Assembly: GCA_964016885.1 (NCBI GenBank)
Contig: OZ024749.1
Span: forward strand, 17,980,001-18,044,000
Direction: 5' to 3'
DNA length: 64,000 bases
Source of the DNA: Eledone cirrhosa
Taxonomy: Eukaryota
Shown: piece after piece, positions 38,148 to 53,100 of the stretch
Layout: the number at the start of each line of letters is the position of its first letter
How positions within the stretch are numbered: position 1 is the stretch's first letter
The notes under the pieces: generated by a model
What the model saw: the letters and a program-made list of their open reading frames with translations, nothing else
The model's database searches: none
Told to the model about the DNA's origin: nothing
Made by a program: the position numbers and the translations under genes

Positions 38148-41100
38148 TAAAATAATCTATTTTTCGAAAAACCTAAAATAATCTATTTTTTTTATACTTT
38201 TCGAAATATTTCAAAAATTGATTTTTTTTGAAATATTTACTTCTAATTTCGAAAACGTAAAATAATCTATTTTTCGAAAAACCTAAAATAATCTATTTTC
38301 TTATACTTTTCGAAATATTTCAAAAATTGATTTTTTTGAAATATTTACTTCTGATTTCAAAAACCTAAAATAATCTATTTTTCGAAAAACCTAAAATAAT
38401 CTATTTTTCGAAAAACCTAAAATAATCTATTTTTTTATACTTTTCGAAATATTTCAAAAATTGATTTTTTTGAAATATTTACTTCTGATTCCAAAAATCT
38501 AAAATAATCTATTTTTCGAAAAACCTTAATTAACCTATTTTTTTATACTTTTCGAAATATTTCAAAAATTGATTTTTTTTGAAATATTTACTTCTGATTT
38601 CAAAAACCTAAAATAATCTATTTTTCGAAAAACCCAAAATAATCTATTTTTTTATACTTTTCGAAATATTTCAAAAATTGATTTTTTTGAAATATTTACT
38701 TCTGATTTAAAAAACCTAAAATAATCTATTTTTTTATACTTTTCGAAATATTTCAAAAATTGATTTTTTTTTTAAATATTTACTTCTGATTCCAAAAATC
38801 TAAAATAATCTATTTTTCGAAAAACCTAAAATAATCTATTTTTCGAAAAACCTTAATTAATATATTTTTTTATACTTTTCGAAATATTTCAAAAATTGAT
38901 TTTTTTGAAATATTTACTTCTGATTTCAAAAACCTAAAATAATCTATTTTTTTTATACTTTTCGAAATATTTCAAAAATTGATTTTTTTGAAATATTTAC
39001 TTCTGATTTCAAAAACCTGAAATAATCTATTTTTCGAAAAACCTAAAATAATCTATTTTTTTATACTTTTCGAAATATTTCAAAAATTGATTTTTTTGAA
39101 ATATTTACTTCTGATTTCAAAAACCTAAAATAATCTATTTTTTTTATACTTTTCGAAATATTTCAAAAATTGATTTTTTTGAAATATTTACTTCTGATTT
39201 CAAAAACCTGAAATAATCTATTTTTCGAAAAACCTAAAATAATCTATTTTTTTATACTTTTCGCAATATTTCAAAAATTGATTTTTTTTGAAATATTTAC
39301 TTCTGATTTCAAAAACCTAAAATAATCTATTTTTCGAAAAACCTAAAATAATCTATTTTTCGAAAAACCTTAATTAATCTATTTTTTTATACTTTTCGAA
39401 ATATTTCAAAAATTGATTTTTTTTGAAATATTTACTTCTGATTTCAAAAACCTAAAATAATCTATTTTTCGAAAAACCCAAAATAATCTATTTTTTTATA
39501 CTTTTCGAAATATTTCAAAAATTGATTTTTTTTGAAATATTTACTTCTGATTTCAAAAACCTAAAATAATCTATTTTTTTATACTTTTCGAAATATTTCA
39601 AAAATTGATTTTTTTTTAAATATTTACTTCTGATTCCAAAAATCTAAAATAATCTATTTTTCGAAAAACCTAAAATAATCTATTTTTCGAAAAACCTAAA
39701 ATAATATATTTTTTTATACTTTTCAAAATATTTCAAAAATTGATTTTTTTGAAATATTTACTTCTGATTTCAAAAACCTAAAATAATCTATTTTTCGAAA
39801 AACCTAAAATAATATATTTTTCGAAAAACCTAAAATAATCTATTTTTTAATACTTTTCGAAATATTTCAAAAATTGATTTTTTTGAAATATTTACTTCTG
39901 ATTTCGAAAACGTAAAATAATCTATTTTTCGAAAAACCTAAAATAATCTATTTTTTTATACTTTTCGAAATATTTCAAAAATTGATTTTTTTGAAATATT
40001 TACTTCTGATTTCAAAAACCTAAAATAATCTATTTTTTTATACTTTTCGAAATATTTCTAAAATTGATTTTTTTGAAATATTTACTTCTGATTTCAAAAA
40101 CCTAAAATAATCTATTTTTCGAAAAACCTAAAATAATATATTTTTTTATACTTTTCAAAATATTTCAAAAATTGATTTTTTTGAAATATTTACTTCTGAT
40201 TTTAAAAACCTAAAATAATCTATTTTTTTATACTTTTCGAAATATTTCAAAAATTGATTTTTTTTCAAATATTTACTTCTGATTCCAAAAATCTAAAATA
40301 ATCTATTTTTCGAAAAACCTAAAATAATCTATTTTTCGAAAAACCTAAAATAATCTATTTTTTTTATACTTTTCGAAATATTTCAAAAATTGATTTTTTT
40401 TGAAATATTTACTTCTGATTTCAAAAACCTAAAATAATCTATTTTTCGAAAAACCTAAAATAATCTATTTTTCGAAAAACCTTAATTAATCTATTTTTTT
40501 ATACTTTTCGAAATATTTCAAAAATTGATTTTTTTGAAATATTTACTTCTGATTTCAAAAACCTAAATTAATCTATTTTTCGAAAAACCTAAAATAATCT
40601 AATTTTTTGTACTTTTCGAAATATTTCAAAAATTGATTTTTTTGAAATATTTACTTCTGATTTCAAAAACCTAAATTAATCTATTTTTCGAAAAACCTAA
40701 AATAATCTAATTTTTTGTACTTTTCGAAATATTTCAAAAATTGATTTTTTTTGAAATATTTACTTCTGATTTCGAAAACGTAAAATAATCTATTTTTCGA
40801 AAAACCTAAAATAATCTATTTTTTTGTACTTTTCGAAATATTTCAAAAATTGATTTTTTTTTGAAATATTTACTTCTGATTTCAAAAACCTAAAATAATG
40901 TATTTTTCGAAAAACCTAAAATAATCTATTTTTCGAAAAACCTTAATTAATCTATTTTTTTATACTTTTCGAAATATTTCAAAAATTGATTTTTTTTGAA
41001 ATATTTACTTCTGATTTCGAAAACGTAAAATAATCTATTTTTCGAAAAACCTAAAATAATCTATTTTTTTGTACTTTTCGAAATATTTCAAAAATTGATT

Positions 41101-44100
41101 TTTTTTTAAATATTTACTTCTGATTCCAAAAATCTAAAATAATCTATTTTTCGAAAAACCTAAAATAATCTATTTTTCGAAAAACCTTAATTAATCTATT
41201 TTTTTATACTTTTCGAAATATTTCAAAAATTGATTTTTTTTGAAATATTTACTTCTGATTTCAAAAACCTAAAATAATCTATTTTTCGAAAAACCCAAAA
41301 TAATCTATTTTTTTATACTTTTCGAAATATTTCAAAAATTGATTTTTTTTGAAATATTTACTTCTGATTTCAAAAACCTAAAATAATCTATTTTTTTATA
41401 CTTTTCGAAATATTTCAAAAATTGATTTTTTTTTAAATATTTACTTCTGATTCCAAAAATCTAAAATAATCTATTTTTCGAAAAACCTAAAATAATCTAT
41501 TTTTCGAAAAACCTAAAATAATATATTTTTTTATACTTTTCAAAATATTTCAAAAATTGATTTTTTTGAAATATTTACTTCTGATTTCAAAAACCTAAAA
41601 TAATCTATTTTTCGAAAAACCTAAAATAATATATTTTTCGAAAAACCTAAAATAATCTATTTTTTAATACTTTTCGAAATATTTCAAAAATTGATTTTTT
41701 TGAAATATTTACTTCTGATTTCAAAAACCTAAAATAATCTATTTTTTTATACTTTTCGAAATATTTCTAAAATTGATTTTTTTGAAATATTTACTTCTGA
41801 TTTCAAAAACCTAAAATAATCTATTTTTCGAAAAACCTAAAATAATATATTTTTTTATACTTTTCAAAATATTTCAAAAATTGATTTTTTTGAAATATTT
41901 ACTTCTGATTTTAAAAACCTAAAATAATCTATTTTTTTATACTTTTCGAAATATTTCAAAAATTGATTTTTTTTCAAATATTTACTTCTGATTCCAAAAA
42001 TCTAAAATAATCTATTTTTCGAAAAACCTAAAATAATCTATTTTTTTTATACTTTTCGAAATATTTCAAAAATTGATTTTTTTTGAAATATTTACTTCTG
42101 ATTTCGAAAACGTAAAATAATCTATTTTTCGAAAAACCTAAAATAATCTATTTTTTTGTACTTTTCGAAATATTTCAAAAATTGATTTTTTTTGAAATAT
42201 TTACTTCTGATTTCAAAAACCTAAAATAATCTATTTTTCGAAAAACCTAAAATAATCTATTTTTCGAAAAACCTAAAATAATCTATTTTTTTGTACTTTT
42301 CGAAATATTTCAAAAATTGATTTTTTTTGAAATATTTACTTCTGATTTCAAAAACCTAAAATAATCTATTTTTCGAAAAACCTAAAATAATCTATTTTTC
42401 GAAAAACCTTAATTAATCTATTTTTTTATACTTTTCGAAATATTTCAAAAATTGATTTTTTTGAAATATTTACTTCTGATTTCAAAAACCTAAATTAATC
42501 TATTTTTCGAAAAACCTAAAATAATCTAATTTTTTGTACTTTTCGAAATATTTCAAAAATTGATTTTTTTGAAATATTTACTTCTGATTTCAAAAACCTA
42601 AATTAATCTATTTTTCGAAAAACCTAAAATAATCTAATTTTTTGTACTTTTCGAAATATTTCAAAAATTGATTTTTTTTGAAATATTTACTTCTGATTTC
42701 GAAAACGTAAAATAATCTATTTTTCGAAAAACCTAAAATAATCTATTTTTTTGTACTTTTCGAAATATTTCAAAAATTGATTTTTTTTGAAATATTTACT
42801 TCTGATTTCAAAAACCTAAAATAATCTATTTTTCGAAAAACCTAAAATAATCTATTTTTCGAAAAACCTTAATTAATCTATTTTTTTATACTTTTCGAAA
42901 TATTTCAAAAATTGATTTTTTTGAAATATTTACTTCTGATTTCAAAAACCTAAATTAATCTATTTTTCGAAAAACCTAAAATAATCTAATTTTTTGTACT
43001 TTTCGAAATATTTCAAAAATTGATTTTTTTGAAATATTTACTTCTGATTTCAAAAACCTAAATTAATCTATTTTTCGAAAAACCTAAAATAATCTAATTT
43101 TTTGTACTTTTCGAAATATTTCAAAAATTGATTTTTTTTGAAATATTTACTTCTGATTTCGAAAACGTAAAATAATCTATTTTTCGAAAAACCTAAAATA
43201 ATCTATTTTTTTGTACTTTTCGAAATATTTCAAAAATTGATTTTTTTTGAAATATTTACTTCTGATTTCAAAAACCTAAAATAATCTATTTTTCGAAAAA
43301 CCTAAAATAATCTATTTTTCGAAAAACCTTAATTAATCTATTTTTTTATACTTTTCGAAATATTTCAAAAATTGATTTTTTTTGAAATATTTACTTCTGA
43401 TTTCGAAAACGTAAAATAATCTATTTTTCGAAAAACCTAAAATAATCTATTTTTTTGTACTTTTCGAAATATTTCAAAAATTGATTTTTTTTGAAATATT
43501 TACTTCTGATTTCAAAAACCTAAAATAATCTATTTTTCGAAAAACCTAAAATAATCTATTTTTCGAAAAACCTAAAATAATCTATTTTTTTGTACTTTTC
43601 GAAATATTTCAAAAATTGATTTTTTTTGAAATATTTACTTCTGATTTCAAAAACCTAAAATAATCTATTTTTCGAAAAACCTAAAATAATCTATTTTTCG
43701 AAAAACCTTAATTAATCTATTTTTTTATACTTTTCGAAATATTTCAAAAATTGATTTTTTTGAAATATTTACTTCTGATTTCAAAAACCTAAAATAATCT
43801 ATTTTTTTATGCTTTTCGAAATATTTCAAAAATTGATTTTTTTTGAAATATTTACTTCTGATTCCAAAAATCTATTTTTCGAAAAACCTAAAATAATCTA
43901 TTTTTTCGACATATTTCAAAAATTGATTTTTTTGAAATATTTACTTCTAATTTCAAAAACCTAAAATAATGTATTTTTTTTATACTTTTCGAAATATTTC
44001 AAAAATTGATTTTTTTGAAATATTTACTTCTGATTTCAAAAACCTAAAATAATCTATTTTTCGAAAAACCTAAAATAATATATTTTTTTATACTTTTCAA

Positions 44101-47100
44101 AATATTTCAAAAATTGATTTTTTTGAAATATTTACTTCTGATTTTAAAAACCTAAAATAATCTATTTTTTTATACTTTTCGAAATATTTCAAAAATTGAT
44201 TTTTTTTCAAATATTTACTTCTGATTCCAAAAATCTAAAATAATCTATTTTTCGAAAAACCTAAAATAATCTATTTTTCGAAAAACCTAAAATAATCTAT
44301 TTTTTTTATACTTTTCGAAATATTTCAAAAATTGATTTTTTTTGAAATATTTACTTCTAATTTCGAAAACGTAAAATAATCTATTTTTCGAAAAACCTAA
44401 AATAATCTATTTTCTTATACTTTTCGAAATATTTCAAAAATTGATTTTTTTGAAATATTTACTTCTGATTTCAAAAACCTAAAATAATCTATTTTTCGAA
44501 AAACCTAAAATAATCTATTTTTCGAAAAACCCAAAATAATCTATTTTTTTATACTTTTCGAAATATTTCAAAAATTGATTTTTTTTGAAATATTTACTTC
44601 TGATTTCAAAAACCTAAAATAATCTATTTTTTTATACTTTTCGAAATATTTCAAAAATTGATTTTTTTTTAAATATTTACTTCTGATTCCAAAAATCTAA
44701 AATAATCTATTTTTCGAAAAACCTAAAGTAATCTATTTTTTTATACTTTTCGAAATATTTCAAAAATTGATTTTTTTGAAATATTTACTTCTGATTTCAA
44801 AAACCTAAAATAATCTATTTTTTTATGCTTTTCGAAATATTTCAAAAATTGATTTTTTTTGAAATATTTACTTCTGATTCCAAAAATCTATTTTTCGAAA
44901 AACCTAAAATAATCTATTTTTTCGACATATTTCAAAAATTGATTTTTTTGAAATATTTACTTCTAATTTCAAAAACCTAAAATAATGTATTTTTTTTATA
45001 CTTTTCGAAATATTTCAAAAATTGATTTTTTTGAAATATTTACTTCTGATTTCAAAAACCTAAAATAATCTATTTTTCGAAAAACCTAAAATAATATATT
45101 TTTTTATACTTTTCAAAATATTTCAAAAATTGATTTTTTTGAAATATTTACTTCTGATTTTAAAAACCTAAAATAATCTATTTTTTTATACTTTTCGAAA
45201 TATTTCAAAAATTGATTTTTTTTCAAATATTTACTTCTGATTCCAAAAATCTAAAATAATCTATTTTTCGAAAAACCTAAAATAATCTATTTTTCGAAAA
45301 ACCTAAAATAATCTATTTTTTTTATACTTTTCGAAATATTTCAAAAATTGATTTTTTTTGAAATATTTACTTCTAATTTCGAAAACGTAAAATAATCTAT
45401 TTTTCGAAAAACCTAAAATAATCTATTTTCTTATACTTTTCGAAATATTTCAAAAATTGATTTTTTTGAAATATTTACTTCTGATTTCAAAAACCTAAAA
45501 TAATCTATTTTTCGAAAAACCTAAAATAATCTATTTTTCGAAAAACCTAAAATAATATATTTTTTTATACTTTTCAAAATATTTCAAAAATTGATTTTTT
45601 TGAAATATTTACTTCTGATTTCAAAAACCTAAAATAATCTATTTTTCGAAAAACCTAAAATAATCTATTTTTCGAAAAACCTAAAATAATCTATTTTTTT
45701 ATACTTTTCGAAATATTTCAAAAATTGATTTTTTTGAAATATTTACTTCTGATTCCAAAAATCTAAAATAATCTATTTTTCGAAAAACCTTAATTAATCT
45801 ATTTTTTTATACTTTTCGAAATATTTCAAAAATTGATTTTTTTTGAAATATTTACTTCTGATTTCAAAAACCTAAAATAATCTATTTTTCGAAAAACCCA
45901 AAATAATCTATTTTTTTATACTTTTCGAAATATTTCAAAAATTGATTTTTTTGAAATATTTACTTCTGATTTAAAAAACCTAAAATAATCTATTTTTTTA
46001 TACTTTTCGAAATATTTCAAAAATTGATTTTTTTTTTAAATATTTACTTCTGATTTCAAAAACCTAAAATAATCTATTTTTCGAAAAACCTAAAATAATA
46101 TATTTTTTTATACTTTTCAAAATATTTCAAAAATTGATTTTTTTGAAATATTTACTTCTGATTTTAAAAACCTAAAATAATCTATTTTTTTATACTTTTC
46201 GAAATATTTCAAAAATTGATTTTTTTTCAAATATTTACTTCTGATTCCAAAAATCTAAAATAATCTATTTTTCGAAAAACCTAAAATAATCTATTTTTCG
46301 AAAAACCTAAAATAATCTATTTTTTTTATACTTTTCGAAATATTTCAAAAATTGATTTTTTTTGAAATATTTACTTCTAATTTCGAAAACGTAAAATAAT
46401 CTATTTTTCGAAAAACCTAAAATAATCTATTTTCTTATACTTTTCGAAATATTTCAAAAATTGATTTTTTTGAAATATTTACTTCTGATTTCAAAAACCT
46501 AAAATAATCTATTTTTCGAAAAACCTAAAATAATCTATTTTTCGAAAAACCTAAAATAATATATTTTTTTATACTTTTCAAAATATTTCAAAAATTGATT
46601 TTTTTGAAATATTTACTTCTGATTTCAAAAACCTAAAATAATCTATTTTTCGAAAAACCTAAAATAATATATTTTTCGAAAAACCTAAAATAATCTATTT
46701 TTTAATACTTTTCGAAATATTTCAAAAATTGATTTTTTTGAAATATTTACTTCTGATTTCAAAAACCTAAAATAATCTATTTTTTTATACTTTTCGAAAT
46801 ATTTCTAAAATTGATTTTTTTGAAATATTTACTTCTGATTTCAAAAACCTAAAATAATCTATTTTTCGAAAAACCTAAAATAATATATTTTTTTATACTT
46901 TTCAAAATATTTCAAAAATTGATTTTTTTGAAATATTTACTTCTGATTTTAAAAACCTAAAATAATCTATTTTTTTATACTTTTCGAAATATTTCAAAAA
47001 TTGATTTTTTTTCAAATATTTACTTCTGATTCCAAAAATCTAAAATAATCTATTTTTCGAAAAACCTAAAATAATCTATTTTTTTTATACTTTTCGAAAT

Positions 47101-50100
47101 ATTTCAAAAATTGATTTTTTTTGAAATATTTACTTCTGATTTCGAAAACGTAAAATAATCTATTTTTCGAAAAACCTAAAATAATCTATTTTTTTGTACT
47201 TTTCGAAATATTTCAAAAATTGATTTTTTTTGAAATATTTACTTCTGATTTCAAAAACCTAAAATAATCTATTTTTCGAAAAACCTAAAATAATCTATTT
47301 TTCGAAAAACCTAAAATAATCTATTTTTTTGTACTTTTCGAAATATTTCAAAAATTGATTTTTTTTGAAATATTTACTTCTGATTTCAAAAACCTAAAAT
47401 AATCTATTTTTCGAAAAACCTAAAATAATCTATTTTTCGAAAAACCTTAATTAATCTATTTTTTTATACTTTTCGAAATATTTCAAAAATTGATTTTTTT
47501 GAAATATTTACTTCTGATTTCAAAAACCTAAATTAATCTATTTTTCGAAAAACCTAAAATAATCTAATTTTTTGTACTTTTCGAAATATTTCAAAAATTG
47601 ATTTTTTTGAAATATTTACTTCTGATTTCAAAAACCTAAATTAATCTATTTTTCGAAAAACCTAAAATAATCTAATTTTTTGTACTTTTCGAAATATTTC
47701 AAAAATTGATTTTTTTTGAAATATTTACTTCTGATTTCGAAAACGTAAAATAATCTATTTTTCGAAAAACCTAAAATAATCTATTTTTTTGTACTTTTCG
47801 AAATATTTCAAAAATTGATTTTTTTTGAAATATTTACTTCTGATTTCAAAAACCTAAAATAATCTATTTTTCGAAAAACCTAAAATAATCTATTTTTCGA
47901 AAAACCTTAATTAATCTATTTTTTTATACTTTTCGAAATATTTCAAAAATTGATTTTTTTGAAATATTTACTTCTGATTTCAAAAACCTAAATTAATCTA
48001 TTTTTCGAAAAACCTAAAATAATCTAATTTTTTGTACTTTTCGAAATATTTCAAAAATTGATTTTTTTGAAATATTTACTTCTGATTTCAAAAACCTAAA
48101 TTAATCTATTTTTCGAAAAACCTAAAATAATCTAATTTTTTGTACTTTTCGAAATATTTCAAAAATTGATTTTTTTTGAAATATTTACTTCTGATTTCGA
48201 AAACGTAAAATAATCTATTTTTCGAAAAACCTAAAATAATCTATTTTTTTGTACTTTTCGAAATATTTCAAAAATTGATTTTTTTTGAAATATTTACTTC
48301 TGATTTCAAAAACCTAAAATAATCTATTTTTCGAAAAACCTAAAATAATCTATTTTTCGAAAAACCTTAATTAATCTATTTTTTTATACTTTTCGAAATA
48401 TTTCAAAAATTGATTTTTTTTGAAATATTTACTTCTGATTTCGAAAACGTAAAATAATCTATTTTTCGAAAAACCTAAAATAATCTATTTTTTTGTACTT
48501 TTCGAAATATTTCAAAAATTGATTTTTTTTGAAATATTTACTTCTGATTTCAAAAACCTAAAATAATCTATTTTTCGAAAAACCTAAAATAATCTATTTT
48601 TCGAAAAACCTAAAATAATCTATTTTTTTGTACTTTTCGAAATATTTCAAAAATTGATTTTTTTTGAAATATTTACTTCTGATTTCAAAAACCTAAAATA
48701 ATCTATTTTTCGAAAAACCTAAAATAATCTATTTTTCGAAAAACCTTAATTAATCTATTTTTTTATACTTTTCGAAATATTTCAAAAATTGATTTTTTTG
48801 AAATATTTACTTCTGATTTCAAAAACCTAAAATAATCTATTTTTTTATGCTTTTCGAAATATTTCAAAAATTGATTTTTTTTGAAATATTTACTTCTGAT
48901 TCCAAAAATCTATTTTTCGAAAAACCTAAAATAATCTATTTTTTCGACATATTTCAAAAATTGATTTTTTTGAAATATTTACTTCTAATTTCAAAAACCT
49001 AAAATAATGTATTTTTTTTATACTTTTCGAAATATTTCAAAAATTGATTTTTTTGAAATATTTACTTCTGATTTCAAAAACCTAAAATAATCTATTTTTC
49101 GAAAAACCTAAAATAATATATTTTTTTATACTTTTCAAAATATTTCAAAAATTGATTTTTTTGAAATATTTACTTCTGATTTTAAAAACCTAAAATAATC
49201 TATTTTTTTATACTTTTCGAAATATTTCAAAAATTGATTTTTTTTCAAATATTTACTTCTGATTCCAAAAATCTAAAATAATCTATTTTTCGAAAAACCT
49301 AAAATAATCTATTTTTCGAAAAACCTAAAATAATCTATTTTTTTTATACTTTTCGAAATATTTCAAAAATTGATTTTTTTTGAAATATTTACTTCTAATT
49401 TCGAAAACGTAAAATAATCTATTTTTCGAAAAACCTAAAATAATCTATTTTCTTATACTTTTCGAAATATTTCAAAAATTGATTTTTTTGAAATATTTAC
49501 TTCTGATTTCAAAAACCTAAAATAATCTATTTTTCGAAAAACCTAAAATAATCTATTTTTCGAAAAACCCAAAATAATCTATTTTTTTATACTTTTCGAA
49601 ATATTTCAAAAATTGATTTTTTTTGAAATATTTACTTCTGATTTCAAAAACCTAAAATAATCTATTTTTTTATACTTTTCGAAATATTTCAAAAATTGAT
49701 TTTTTTTTAAATATTTACTTCTGATTCCAAAAATCTAAAATAATCTATTTTTCGAAAAACCTAAAGTAATCTATTTTTTTATACTTTTCGAAATATTTCA
49801 AAAATTGATTTTTTTGAAATATTTACTTCTGATTTCAAAAACCTAAAATAATCTATTTTTTTATGCTTTTCGAAATATTTCAAAAATTGATTTTTTTTGA
49901 AATATTTACTTCTGATTCCAAAAATCTATTTTTCGAAAAACCTAAAATAATCTATTTTTTCGACATATTTCAAAAATTGATTTTTTTGAAATATTTACTT
50001 CTAATTTCAAAAACCTAAAATAATGTATTTTTTTTATACTTTTCGAAATATTTCAAAAATTGATTTTTTTGAAATATTTACTTCTGATTTCAAAAACCTA

Positions 50101-53100
50101 AAATAATCTATTTTTCGAAAAACCTAAAATAATATATTTTTTTATACTTTTCAAAATATTTCAAAAATTGATTTTTTTGAAATATTTACTTCTGATTTTA
50201 AAAACCTAAAATAATCTATTTTTTTATACTTTTCGAAATATTTCAAAAATTGATTTTTTTTCAAATATTTACTTCTGATTCCAAAAATCTAAAATAATCT
50301 ATTTTTCGAAAAACCTAAAATAATCTATTTTTCGAAAAACCTAAAATAATCTATTTTTTTTATACTTTTCGAAATATTTCAAAAATTGATTTTTTTTGAA
50401 ATATTTACTTCTAATTTCGAAAACGTAAAATAATCTATTTTTCGAAAAACCTAAAATAATCTATTTTCTTATACTTTTCGAAATATTTCAAAAATTGATT
50501 TTTTTGAAATATTTACTTCTGATTTCAAAAACCTAAAATAATCTATTTTTCGAAAAACCTAAAATAATCTATTTTTCGAAAAACCTAAAATAATATATTT
50601 TTTTATACTTTTCAAAATATTTCAAAAATTGATTTTTTTGAAATATTTACTTCTGATTTCAAAAACCTAAAATAATCTATTTTTCGAAAAACCTAAAATA
50701 ATCTATTTTTCGAAAAACCTAAAATAATCTATTTTTTTATACTTTTCGAAATATTTCAAAAATTGATTTTTTTGAAATATTTACTTCTGATTCCAAAAAT
50801 CTAAAATAATCTATTTTTCGAAAAACCTTAATTAATCTATTTTTTTATACTTTTCGAAATATTTCAAAAATTGATTTTTTTTGAAATATTTACTTCTGAT
50901 TTCAAAAACCTAAAATAATCTATTTTTCGAAAAACCCAAAATAATCTATTTTTTTATACTTTTCGAAATATTTCAAAAATTGATTTTTTTGAAATATTTA
51001 CTTCTGATTTAAAAAACCTAAAATAATCTATTTTTTTATACTTTTCGAAATATTTCAAAAATTGATTTTTTTTTTAAATATTTACTTCTGATTTCAAAAA
51101 CCTAAAATAATCTATTTTTCGAAAAACCTAAAATAATATATTTTTTTATACTTTTCAAAATATTTCAAAAATTGATTTTTTTGAAATATTTACTTCTGAT
51201 TTTAAAAACCTAAAATAATCTATTTTTTTATACTTTTCGAAATATTTCAAAAATTGATTTTTTTTCAAATATTTACTTCTGATTCCAAAAATCTAAAATA
51301 ATCTATTTTTCGAAAAACCTAAAATAATCTATTTTTCGAAAAACCTAAAATAATCTATTTTTTTTATACTTTTCGAAATATTTCAAAAATTGATTTTTTT
51401 TGAAATATTTACTTCTAATTTCGAAAACGTAAAATAATCTATTTTTCGAAAAACCTAAAATAATCTATTTTCTTATACTTTTCGAAATATTTCAAAAATT
51501 GATTTTTTTGAAATATTTACTTCTGATTTCAAAAACCTAAAATAATCTATTTTTCGAAAAACCTAAAATAATCTATTTTTCGAAAAACCTAAAATAATAT
51601 ATTTTTTTATACTTTTCAAAATATTTCAAAAATTGATTTTTTTGAAATATTTACTTCTGATTTCAAAAACCTAAAATAATCTATTTTTCGAAAAACCTAA
51701 AATAATCTATTTTTCGAAAAACCTAAAATAATCTATTTTTTTATACTTTTCGAAATATTTCAAAAATTGATTTTTTTGAAATATTTACTTCTGATTCCAA
51801 AAATCTAAAATACTCTATTTTTCGAAAAACCTTAATTAATCTATTTTTTTATACTTTTCGAAATATTTCAAAAATTGATTTTTTTTGAAATATTTACTTC
51901 TGATTTCAAAAACCTAAAATAATCTATTTTTTTATACTTTTCGAAATATTTCAAAAATTGATTTTTTTTTTAAATATTTACTTCTGATTCCAAAAATCTA
52001 AAATAATCTATTTTTCGAAAAACCTAAAATAATCTATTTTTCGAAAAACCTTAATTAATATATTTTTTTATACTTTTCGAAATATTTCAAAAATTGATTT
52101 TTTTGAAATATTTACTTCTGATTTCAAAAACCTAAAATAATCTATTTTTTTTATACTTTTCGAAATATTTCAAAAATTGATTTTTTTGAAATATTTACTT
52201 CTGATTTCAAAAACCTGAAATAATCTATTTTTCGAAAAACCTAAAATAATCTATTTTTTTATACTTTTCGAAATATTTCAAAAATTGATTTTTTTGAAAT
52301 ATTTACTTCTGATTTCAAAAACCTAAAATAATCTATTTTTTTTATACTTTTCGAAATATTTCAAAAATTGATTTTTTTGAAATATTTACTTCTGATTTCA
52401 AAAACCTGAAATAATCTATTTTTCGAAAAACCTAAAATAATCTATTTTTTTATACTTTTCGCAATATTTCAAAAATTGATTTTTTTTGAAATATTTACTT
52501 CTGATTTCAAAAACCTAAAATAATCTATTTTTCGAAAAACCTAAAATAATCTATTTTTCGAAAAACCTTAATTAATCTATTTTTTTATACTTTTCGAAAT
52601 ATTTCAAAAATTGATTTTTTTTGAAATATTTACTTCTGATTTCAAAAACCTAAAATAATCTATTTTTTTATACTTTTCGAAATATTTCAAAAATTGATTT
52701 TTTTTTAAATATTTACTTCTGATTCCAAAAATCTAAAATAATCTATTTTTCGAAAAACCTAAAATAATCTATTTTTCGAAAAACCTAAAATAATATATTT
52801 TTTTATACTTTTCAAAATATTTCAAAAATTGATTTTTTTGAAATATTTACTTCTGATTTCAAAAACCTTAAATAATCTATTTTTCGAAAAACCTAAAATA
52901 ATATATTTTTCGAAAAACCTAAAATAATCTATTTTTTAATACTTTTCGAAATATTTCAAAAATTGATTTTTTTGAAATATTTACTTCTGATTTCGAAAAC
53001 GTAAAATAATCTATTTTTCGAAAAACCTAAAATAATCTATTTTTTTATACTTTTCGAAATATTTCAAAAATTGATTTTTTTGAAATATTTACTTCTGATT